A DNA stretch of 64,000 nucleotides from contig JACRAL010000028.1 in assembly GCA_016213435.1 (NCBI GenBank), positions 2,196-66,195 of the forward strand, given 5' to 3'. This document shows, piece after piece, positions 56,518-64,000 of this stretch. How positions within the stretch are numbered: position 1 is the stretch's first letter; each line of letters starts with the position of its first letter. The position numbers and the translations under genes are program-made. The notes beneath the pieces were generated by a model. It worked only from the letters and a program-made list of their open reading frames with translations. It was not told where the DNA came from and did not search any database. Source of the stretch: Bacteroidota bacterium (GTDB taxonomy: Bacteria > Bacteroidota > Bacteroidia > Palsa-948).

Positions 56518-58446
56518 CTATTTAGGCAAGGATGAATTTTGTTGTGCCGAATTCAAAGCGGCTCTTGCTTTCTGAAGGTTGCCTGCAATATTTTTGTTGT
56601 TCGGATTCAACTGAAGTGCTTTCTCATAGTACGAAACAGCAGTTTTATAGTCCCCAAGGTTATGATTGATCGCCCCAAGATTCCCAAGCGCATCCGGATT
56701 ATTTGCATCATATTGGATTGCCTGCAGAAAATATTTTTTAGCCGACTCATAATCTTTGCGTTCAAAATAGATCACTCCGAGGTTATTTGCAGCAGAGGTA
56801 TAATCAGGCGAAACTTTTAGAGTCTGCTCGTAAACCTTCTCAGCGTTTTCCCTGTCTCCCATTCCATAATAGCAAACACCGGCATTGTAAAGTGCTTCCG
56901 TATTGTCAGGTAAAATCTCAATTGCTTTTTTATAATATGCAATTGCTTTTTGAAAAAGAGCAGATCGTTTGTTGGGAACCGGTTCTTTTTCCGCGAGTTC
57001 TCGATAGGAAGAACCGAGCGCACTTTCCGCCCTTGAACTTTTAGGAGTTGCTTCAACTCCTGATGCAAAAAGCGAGAAATTATCTTTCCAGTCTTTGTTG
57101 CGGTTAAATGTTTTGAAGGAGAACAACGCAAGGACAACAAACAAAATGATGCCCCGACCCTGAAGGGAGAAGAAGGAACTGCGATTGCTCCCTTTAGGGT
57201 TGGGGCAAATCACTACTGCAACAGCAATACAAAACGCCAATGACGGAGTGAACAAAAACCGTTCTCCCAGCGTTGCACCGATCATGATGAAGATGTTTGA
57301 TACCACCGACATCGTAACAAAAAAAAACAAAATGCAGTAAGCATAAACAGCCATTGCTGATTGCTGATTTCTGGTCTCTGGTTTTCTGAGCAATTGGACT
57401 AAAAAATGTAAAGAATAAATTCCAAGTACGGCAAACACACACAATATGAGAATAACTTTAATATCCGAGAAAGAAACAATCGGTATTTGATTGAAAGAAT
57501 AATCCCACGAAAGGGGATGAGGAAAAAATAAAAGCAGAATATATTTTCCAAGAATTAAAAGCGCAGTGGCTATCCTGTCTGAACCGTTTGTAGCTGCAGC
57601 CAGTGCGTTGTTCACCACTTTCATTTTCTCAGCAAAAGTTACGGTCTCAAGCACCGAACTTCGTATAACCATATAAACTCCGAATGCAGCAGCAAAAGAG
57701 ATCATGCCGAGTCCGATTTTTTTCAAAGGAACACTTCGAAAAAAAAATATCGTCAGCGGGATAATCGCAAGAAATGTTACCGCCATTTCTTTGCAAAGAA
57801 GAGAGAGAAAGAAGAACAGAACGCTCAAAAAGAAATATTTTTTAAAACCCGTATCAATATGTTTAAGGATGAAAAGAAGTACGAACTCAAAAAAAATAAA
57901 GTTCAATATGTCGTCTCTGCCTTTTATGTTTGCCACTGCTTCGGTGTGAATGGGATGAGCAGCAAAAAGCAAGGTGATGACCAGAGGAATGACCTCACCC
58001 CCAACCCCTCTCCCAAAGGAGAGGGGAGAAGATTTCTCGTTAAACAATTGTTTCATCAAACGAAAAAGTAAAACACACGACAATGCAAATAACAAAACAT
58101 TTATAAAATGCCCCGTATGCGGATTATTTTCAAAAAAATGTTTTTCGATTGCAAAAATGACAGACACCACAGGGCGGTAGGACTGATCATTATGCCCCGT
58201 GAAACCGTAAATAAAACTATGATGGAGAATACTTGGTATGCCGCTCAATCCCGCCTGAACATCTTTGTTCTTCAAATACACCACATCGTCATCCAGCACA
58301 TAGCCGTGGTTCAGCGTGTTTGCGTAAAGCAAAAATGCAAAAGCAAAAACAATAAATGAAAGTAAACGGTCTTTTGTGGAAAGAGAAGGCTTGTTTGCAG
58401 GTCGGGATTTAAAATCCCGACCAACTGACTTCTTTTTTTTGTTCAT
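56518..58446 (-). CDS. TMTC-like polytopic membrane protein with C-terminal TPR repeats (putative glycosyltransferase)
   Basis: YVLDD, YRP, LFAAHPIHTEAVANIKGRDD, KE, ERFLF.PS, RN.DW, TPRs. Confidence 0.85.
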   Translation of the reverse strand: MNKKKKSVGRDFKSRPANKPSLSTKDRLLSFIVFAFAFLLYANTLNHGYVLDDDVVYLKNKDVQAGLSGIPSILHHSFIYGFTGHNDQSYRPVVSVIFAIEKHFFENNPHTGHFINVLLFALSCVLLFRLMKQLFNEKSSPLSFGRGVGGEVIPLVITLLFAAHPIHTEAVANIKGRDDILNFIFFEFVLLFILKHIDTGFKKYFFLSVLFFFLSLLCKEMAVTFLAIIPLTIFFFRSVPLKKIGLGMISFAAAFGVYMVIRSSVLETVTFAEKMKVVNNALAAATNGSDRIATALLILGKYILLLFFPHPLSWDYSFNQIPIVSFSDIKVILILCVFAVLGIYSLHFLVQLLRKPETRNQQSAMAVYAYCILFFFVTMSVVSNIFIMIGATLGERFLFTPSLAFCIAVAVVICPNPKGSNRSSFFSLQGRGIILFVVLALFSFKTFNRNKDWKDNFSLFASGVEATPKSSRAESALGSSYRELAEKEPVPNKRSALFQKAIAYYKKAIEILPDNTEALYNAGVCYYGMGDRENAEKVYEQTLKVSPDYTSAANNLGVIYFERKDYESAKKYFLQAIQYDANNPDALGNLGAINHNLGDYKTAVSYYEKALQLNPNNKNIAGNLQKARAALNSAQQNSSLPK

Positions 58447-58679
58447 TCAGCCAAGACAGTGATCTTGTTTTTTAAAACTTCTACCACTCCGCCTTTGATG
58501 GGGAAAGAATGACTTTGTTTTTGTTCGTCAACCACTTTTACACTTCCTTTTTTGAGAGAGGAAATAAGCGGAGCGTGATTTTTCAAAACCCCGAATGAAC
58601 CGGCTGAGCCGGGAAGTTTTACAGATTTAACTTCTCCGCTGAAAAGTTTTTTGTCGGGAGTGATTATTTCAAGAAGCAT
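58443..58679 (-). CDS. atpC: ATP synthase F1 epsilon subunit
   Basis: LEIITPD..LFSGEV..V.LPG..GSFGVL.NHAPLIS, GGVVEV; start taken at 58679. Confidence 0.93.
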   Translation of the reverse strand: MLLEIITPDKKLFSGEVKSVKLPGSAGSFGVLKNHAPLISSLKKGSVKVVDEQKQSHSFPIKGGVVEVLKNKITVLAE

Positions 58680-58802
58680 ATATCTAAGATTTAATAACAA
58701 TGAGTTAAAGCAGTTGTCGCAAAAGTATGAAAAAGTTTTTCCCCAGCCCTAAAGGGAGCAATACAACTTATATTCTCCCTTTAGGGTCGAGGCGGCTGTT
58801 GG

Positions 58803-59363
58803 TTATTTATCCTTCCATTTAATATTACATCCGATACTTGGTTTTTGCTCCGCAGGAACCGATTTCCCGCTGAGAAGAAGATCAAGTGCTGCGCGAATGT
58901 CTTTTCCAGTAACAGGAATTTCATTGGAAGGGCGCGAATCATCCAGCTGTCCGCGGTATGCAAGTTTGAGATCCTTGTCATAAATAAAAAAGTCAGGCGT
59001 ACAGGCGGCATCATAGGCACGTGCGACTTCCTGCGATTCATCGTAGAGATAGGGAAAAGTGTAACCTAGTTCTTTTGCGGTCTGTTTCATTTTCTCCGGG
59101 GAATCTTCAGGGTGATTTACCACATCGTTTGAACTGATGGCAATGAATGAAACTCCTTGCGGAATGAAATCATCCGCCAGCCGGACCAATTCTTTGTTCG
59201 CATGTTTCACGAATGGGCAGTGATTACAAATAAACATTATCAATGTTGCTTTGTCCGATTTCAGATCGTTGAGAGAAAGTGTTTTTCCGGAAACTGTATC
59301 GGGCAAAGAAAAGTCAAAAGCATTGCTTCCCAGCGGAATCATGACGGAAGGAGTTAAAGCCAT
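58803..59363 (-). CDS. AhpC/TSA-like thioredoxin family protein
   Basis: FICNHCPFV, YDAACTPDFF, YRGQLDDSRP, SIGCNIKW. Confidence 0.92.
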   Translation of the reverse strand: MALTPSVMIPLGSNAFDFSLPDTVSGKTLSLNDLKSDKATLIMFICNHCPFVKHANKELVRLADDFIPQGVSFIAISSNDVVNHPEDSPEKMKQTAKELGYTFPYLYDESQEVARAYDAACTPDFFIYDKDLKLAYRGQLDDSRPSNEIPVTGKDIRAALDLLLSGKSVPAEQKPSIGCNIKWKDK

Positions 59364-59375
59364 TTTCTTGTGTAT

Positions 59376-60161
59376 TTAAAGCGAGAGAGTTCTCCCTCCA
59401 TCCACCGGAAGATTTACTCCATTTATATAAGAAGCGGCAGGTGAGGCGAGGAAAGCAGCAGCAGCAGCAATTTCAGAAGCATCGGCAAATCTACCGACAG
59501 GAATTTCTTTCAGCCATTCTTGTCCTTCTTCCTTAATGGAGATTCCCAATTTCTTTGCTTTTGCATCGAGCAAGGAATTTAATCGTTCGGTGTTGGTTGC
59601 GCCCGGAAGAATATTATTTACGGTAATTCCATACTGCCCTAATTCTCCTGCTAAAGTTTTTGACCAGTTTGCAACCGCAGCGCGAATGGTATTCGATACA
59701 CCCAATCCTTTTATCGGCTGTTTCACCGAAGTGGAAATAACATTGATGATGCGCCCGTATTTTTCTTTTTTCATTCCGCCAACTACTGCCTGAACCAAAA
59801 TGTGATTGCAGAGCAAATGATTTGAAAATGCCTGCGTGAATTCTTCGGTCTTTGCGTCAATAATTGGTCCACCTGCCGGTCCCCCGGTATTGTTGATCAG
59901 TATGTGAATGGAATTTTTATTTGCGTATTCCTCCACTCTCTTTTTCAATTCATCGGGCTTGGTGAAATCAACCACAATATAATTGTGCTTCTGTCCTTTC
60001 GAAGAATCGAGTTCGCCAGAAACATTTTTCAACTTACTTTCATCTCTCGCAACAAGTGTAACATTCGCGCCAAGCAAAGCAAGTTCAACAGCAATGGCTT
60101 TGCCGATTCCTTGCGTACTACCACAGACAAAGGTGTTTTTATGTTTCAGGTCTAAATTCAT
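59376..60161 (-). CDS. SDR family oxidoreductase
   Basis: CGSTQGIG, INNTGGP, SNTIR, VNNILPG, VDGG. Confidence 0.92.
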   Translation of the reverse strand: MNLDLKHKNTFVCGSTQGIGKAIAVELALLGANVTLVARDESKLKNVSGELDSSKGQKHNYIVVDFTKPDELKKRVEEYANKNSIHILINNTGGPAGGPIIDAKTEEFTQAFSNHLLCNHILVQAVVGGMKKEKYGRIINVISTSVKQPIKGLGVSNTIRAAVANWSKTLAGELGQYGITVNNILPGATNTERLNSLLDAKAKKLGISIKEEGQEWLKEIPVGRFADASEIAAAAAFLASPAASYINGVNLPVDGGRTLSL

Positions 60162-60239
60162 TTCCTACTAAACTACTAATCAGCACTAATATACTAATTT
60201 CATTATTTTGAAGAGAGGTCATTGCCGACTGCCAATTTC

Positions 60240-60680
60240 CTACTTGTTGTTTGTGATTACAATCTTTTCAATCTTATCACCCGCAACAATTTTATCGATC
60301 ACCTCCAATCCATCCGTAACTTTTCCAAAACAAGTATGAACACGATCCAGGTGTGAAGTATTATTTCTGCTGTGACAAACAAAAAATTGTGAACCTCCCG
60401 TGTTTTTTCCTGCGTGAGCCATACTCAGCACACCACGATCGTGATATTGATTGTCGCCCGATGTTTCGCAATCAATTTTATATCCCGGTCCTCCTGTGCC
60501 GGTTCCATTCGGACAGCCGCCTTGAATTACGAAATCAGGAATCACCCTATGAAAAGTAAGCCCGTCATAATATCGTTTTTCGCTTAACTTAATAAAGTTT
60601 GCTACGGTGTTTGGCGCGTCTTTTTCGTAGAAGTCAACCTTCATTACGCCTTTTGCTGTGTGTATCTCTGCTTTTTTCAT
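60240..60680 (-). CDS. Cyclophilin-type peptidyl-prolyl isomerase
   Basis: [35 protein letters not shown]. Confidence 0.95.
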   Translation of the reverse strand: MKKAEIHTAKGVMKVDFYEKDAPNTVANFIKLSEKRYYDGLTFHRVIPDFVIQGGCPNGTGTGGPGYKIDCETSGDNQYHDRGVLSMAHAGKNTGGSQFFVCHSRNNTSHLDRVHTCFGKVTDGLEVIDKIVAGDKIEKIVITNNK

Positions 60681-60738
60681 ATTAAAGTTTTTACAAAAGT
60701 AAAATAATTACAGAGTAATCTTAGTTTACCTTTGTAAT

Positions 60739-61572
60739 ATGATCAATCTCGGAGTTTATAACTCATTGGCAGTCTTAAGGAGCGCAGAGCAAGGTTTTTA
60801 TCTTGGCGATGATTCGGGAGAATCCGTGTTGCTCCCCAACCGCTACATTCCCGCAGGTGCGCAGATAGGAGATACGCTCACTGTTTTTATCTACAACGAT
60901 TCCGAAGACCGGATAATTGCCACTACGCTCACGCCAAAAATTACACTGAACAAATTCGCCTGTCTCGATGTAGTGAGCGTTACGAGTCACGGAGCATTTT
61001 TAGATTGGGGATTGGCAAAAGATATTTTTGTTCCTTTCAACGAACAATCAAAAAAACTGGAAGCGGGAAATCATCCGATCGTTTTTCTCTACCTCGATAA
61101 AGTCACGAACCGATTAGCGGCATCGGCAAAAATCAATAAGTTTCTCAACAACGAAACCATTGAAGTAAAAGAAAAAGACGAAGTGGAATTATTGATTGCG
61201 GAGATAACGGATATCGGCATCAATGTGATCATCAACGACTGCTACAAAGGAATACTTTATCAGAATGAAATTTTCCGGAAGCTGCAATATGGCGAACGCG
61301 TGAAAGGTTATATTAAAAAAATAAGAACAGACAATAAAATAGATGTGAGCTTGGAAAAATTAGGATATGATAAAGTGCAATCGCACGAAGAAAAAATAAT
61401 CAGCAAACTGAAAGAGGGTAACGGATTTCTGAAACTGAACGATTACAGCTCTCCTGAAGAAATCACCGAGGTGTTGGAAATGAGCAAGAAAACTTTTAAA
61501 AAAGCGATCGGTTCTCTTTTCAAACAGAGAAAAATTCGAATTGAAGAGAAAGGAATTTATCTGAATAAGTAA
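60739..61572 (+). CDS. CvfB/YitL family S1 RNA-binding protein
   Basis: VFIYNDSEDR, GAFLDWGL.KD, SKKTFKKAIGSL.K; TACCTTTG promoter box at 60727. Confidence 0.9.
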   Translation: MINLGVYNSLAVLRSAEQGFYLGDDSGESVLLPNRYIPAGAQIGDTLTVFIYNDSEDRIIATTLTPKITLNKFACLDVVSVTSHGAFLDWGLAKDIFVPFNEQSKKLEAGNHPIVFLYLDKVTNRLAASAKINKFLNNETIEVKEKDEVELLIAEITDIGINVIINDCYKGILYQNEIFRKLQYGERVKGYIKKIRTDNKIDVSLEKLGYDKVQSHEEKIISKLKEGNGFLKLNDYSSPEEITEVLEMSKKTFKKAIGSLFKQRKIRIEEKGIYLNK

Positions 61573-61642
61573 CAATTAAGTTCTTTCCAAATCAATTTCT
61601 GCTCTCTATCTTTTTCTATATTTGCCGACTAAAAAAATCTTT

Positions 61643-62755
61643 ATGTCAACAAAAAAATCCGGTATCATCACTCCACAGTCAATGGACTTTTTAAAAAACT
61701 ACATCAATCTTCCTTCCCCCACCGGATTCGAGTGCCGTTTGCCTCATGGTGAAAAAACAGGTCAGCAGTTATGGCTGGAATACATCAAGCAGTACTCCGA
61801 TGATTTTTTTGTAGATACCTATGGCACAGCGGTAGGGATCATCAATCCGAAGGAAGAATATAAAATTGTGATCGAAGCGCACGCAGACGAAATTTCCTGG
61901 TACGTTCATTACATTACAAAAGAAGGATTCATTTATCTCAGGCGCAATGGCGGAAGCGACCATCAGATCGCTCCTTCCAAACGCGTGAATATTCACACCG
62001 ATAAAGGAATTGTAAAGGCAGTGTTCGGCTGGCCTGCTATTCATACACGCGAGGCAGGAAAAGAAGAAACGCCTTCTATGAAAAACCTTTTTCTCGATTG
62101 CGGGTGCAAGTCGGACAAAGAACTTGAAAAACTTGGAGTACATGTGGGTTGCGTGGTTACCTATGAAGACGAGTTCATGGTGCTGAACAATAATTTTTAT
62201 GTTGGACGCGCGCTCGATAACCGCATGGGAGGATTCGTGATCGCGCAGGTGGCGAGATTGATAAAAGAAAAGAAAATAAAACTTCCTTTCGGATTGTATA
62301 TTGTAAATTCTGTGCAGGAAGAAGTCGGATTGAATGGAGCAAGGATGATCGCGAGCAACATCAAACCTGCCTGTGCCATCGTTACCGATGTTACCCACGA
62401 TTCTCAAACTCCGATGATGAACAAAATACAAAGCGGAGACATTGCCTGCGGAAAAGGTCCTGCGCTCACCTACGGTCCTGCAGTTCACAACATACTTCTT
62501 GATCAGATCATTCATACTGCAAACAAGAATAAAATTCCTTTCCAGCGCGAAGTGGCATCACGTTCAACCGGAACAGATACCGATGCGTTTGCATATTCAG
62601 GAAGCGGCATTGCTTCTGCGTTAATATCTCTTCCACTGCGCTACATGCACACCACGGTTGAATCGGTTCACCGCGATGATGTGGAGAGTGTAATCAAACT
62701 CATTTATGAAACATTGCGGAGCATCAAGAAAAATCAGAAGTTTAACTACTTGTAA
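61643..62755 (+). CDS. M42 family metallopeptidase
   Basis: SPTGFE, EAHADEI, ALDNRMG, QEEVG, TGTD, RYMHT. Confidence 0.93.
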   Translation: MSTKKSGIITPQSMDFLKNYINLPSPTGFECRLPHGEKTGQQLWLEYIKQYSDDFFVDTYGTAVGIINPKEEYKIVIEAHADEISWYVHYITKEGFIYLRRNGGSDHQIAPSKRVNIHTDKGIVKAVFGWPAIHTREAGKEETPSMKNLFLDCGCKSDKELEKLGVHVGCVVTYEDEFMVLNNNFYVGRALDNRMGGFVIAQVARLIKEKKIKLPFGLYIVNSVQEEVGLNGARMIASNIKPACAIVTDVTHDSQTPMMNKIQSGDIACGKGPALTYGPAVHNILLDQIIHTANKNKIPFQREVASRSTGTDTDAFAYSGSGIASALISLPLRYMHTTVESVHRDDVESVIKLIYETLRSIKKNQKFNYL

Positions 62756-62861
62756 ATCGGACAGACATCGGAATTAACAGCAACACATATTTCCTTAATC
62801 ATTACTTATTGCCTGCTGATAATTTATGCCTATTTTTGCCATAGAAAATTTCTTAATCATC

Positions 62862-63725
62862 ATGCCGAAAAAACTTCCTTTTCTCATCATATTTTCATTG
62901 ATCATATTCCTGGTTTTCTCCTGTGGAAATGGGAAAAACAACAAAGATGTTACTACAACCCATGGAACATCTTCTGCCTCAACTAACGACACAAGAAAAA
63001 TTGATGGTCTGACTCAATCAAAATACAACAAACTCATAAGCAATATTCCTATTCCGTTTGATATCCTCCGCACTCATGCAGAAGTTCCTTTGATTTATAA
63101 TGCAAGTGTGCTTAATCCAACTTCCAATCTTCCGTTCTATTCTTCTAATTTGTCAAAAGCACTGAACCTTGGAATTTACGGAGGCGATCTTGCATACAGC
63201 ATCACCTACGAAAAATTTGACGACATGGGAAGTTATCTGAAGTGCGCAAAAAAACTTGCTGACGATCTGGGAATTCCCCTTGCCTTCGACCAACATGCAC
63301 TTTCTACTTATAAAGAATTCGGAACAAACAAAGACAGTTTGGAGAGAATTATTTTTTCGTCTTACAGCGAAGTGGATAAAACATTAAAGTCGAACGAACG
63401 CATCGGACTTGCCTCTCTTGTTGTTTCAGGGGGCTGGTTAGAAGGATTGTACACTACGTTAAAAACATTCGAAAGCACTCCCCAAAAAGATAAGTCAAAA
63501 ACGCTGCGCAATAAAATAGTGGAGCAAAAAACTCATCTTTATATGATCCTGAATTTGCTCGGACAATTTAAAGACGATCAAACATACTCTCCCATCTTAG
63601 AGGAATTCAGCAGCATCAAAGCCATTTACGATGGGCTTTCCGTTAAGTCCGAAATTAATGAAACTGCAATTTCCGCCCTCACTAAAAAGGTGGAAGAAGT
63701 GCGCGGCAAGATCGTTGCGCGATGA
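62862..63725 (+). CDS. Hypothetical lipoprotein
   Basis: Lipobox VFSC; ALNLGIYG.DL.Y and GGWLEGLY motifs. Confidence 0.75.
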   Translation: MPKKLPFLIIFSLIIFLVFSCGNGKNNKDVTTTHGTSSASTNDTRKIDGLTQSKYNKLISNIPIPFDILRTHAEVPLIYNASVLNPTSNLPFYSSNLSKALNLGIYGGDLAYSITYEKFDDMGSYLKCAKKLADDLGIPLAFDQHALSTYKEFGTNKDSLERIIFSSYSEVDKTLKSNERIGLASLVVSGGWLEGLYTTLKTFESTPQKDKSKTLRNKIVEQKTHLYMILNLLGQFKDDQTYSPILEEFSSIKAIYDGLSVKSEINETAISALTKKVEEVRGKIVAR

Positions 63726-63956
63726 TTTTTTATACCTCTGAAAACTTTCCGGATTAGAAAAACAAAACAATTTTCTTTCTTTATGTGTTTCTTGCTGAAA
63801 CTCATCCTGAGGTATACGCTGCACTTCATTTCAACCTCAATGTCCGGGTAAATTCTTTTTCTCTACTTTTGTCCGCAAGAGTAAAGAGCAGAAAGTAGAA
63901 TAAGAAAATCCTCCTACTTGCAGCTTTCTGCTTATTCTTACTTCTTGATACATAGT

Positions 63957-64000
63957 ATGGCAGCCGATCTTTTTCAAGCACCCGATTATTTTAACGTGGA
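63957..64000 (+). CDS. Start of a probable acyl-CoA dehydrogenase (truncated by window end)
   Basis: MAADLFQAPDYFNV resembles Bacteroidota glutaryl/acyl-CoA dehydrogenase N-termini; only 14 codons are visible. Confidence 0.45.
   Translation, partial: MAADLFQAPDYFNV

Noticed and set aside
61769..62515. 248-aa minus-strand ORF, and the many other ORFs nested in nuo, ileS, RND and polyvalent genes
   Set aside because: Antisense or off-frame shadows of well-supported genes, with no recognisable motifs.

Overview
Bacteroidota chromosome segment (porV-ispF synteny, TAnnTTTG promoters, short Bacteroidota-type NuoG). Positions 1-23.5 kb and 56.4-64 kb are housekeeping: mrp/nifU, rsmA, ispF, porV, nuoE-N with an inserted uracil-DNA glycosylase, ridA, ileS, dksA-like, lspA, rnhA, then tRNA-Ser, a TMTC-like TPR protein, atpC, a cyclophilin, cvfB-like and an M42 peptidase. 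These regions contain several families of small palindromic and heptamer repeats, many inserted in frame inside genes. Between them lies an element of about 32.3 kb (about 24006-56356), integrated by a large serine recombinase at the 3' end of tRNA-Ser(GGA). Joining the two GCGGA cores restores an in-frame 25-aa integrase C-terminus. The element carries an RND efflux cargo and a regulatory block (ImmA/IrrE, a sigma4-alphaCTD fusion, three paralogous wHTH proteins, helically phased repeat arrays). A long co-oriented operon follows, with a transglutaminase/papain-like protein, beta-rich candidate capsid proteins, many membrane-anchored proteins, annexin-like proteins, a lysis module, a 2126-aa polyvalent protein (JAB, two methylases, MutS-I, Strawberry-notch helicase) and a RecA-fold ATPase. 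I recognise no terminase, portal, tail or conjugation genes. My best interpretation (inference) is a tail-less, possibly membrane-containing provirus whose proteins carry recurrent L-x-G motifs at domain junctions, which may be sites for its own cysteine protease. All family assignments come from visual motif recognition, not database searches.
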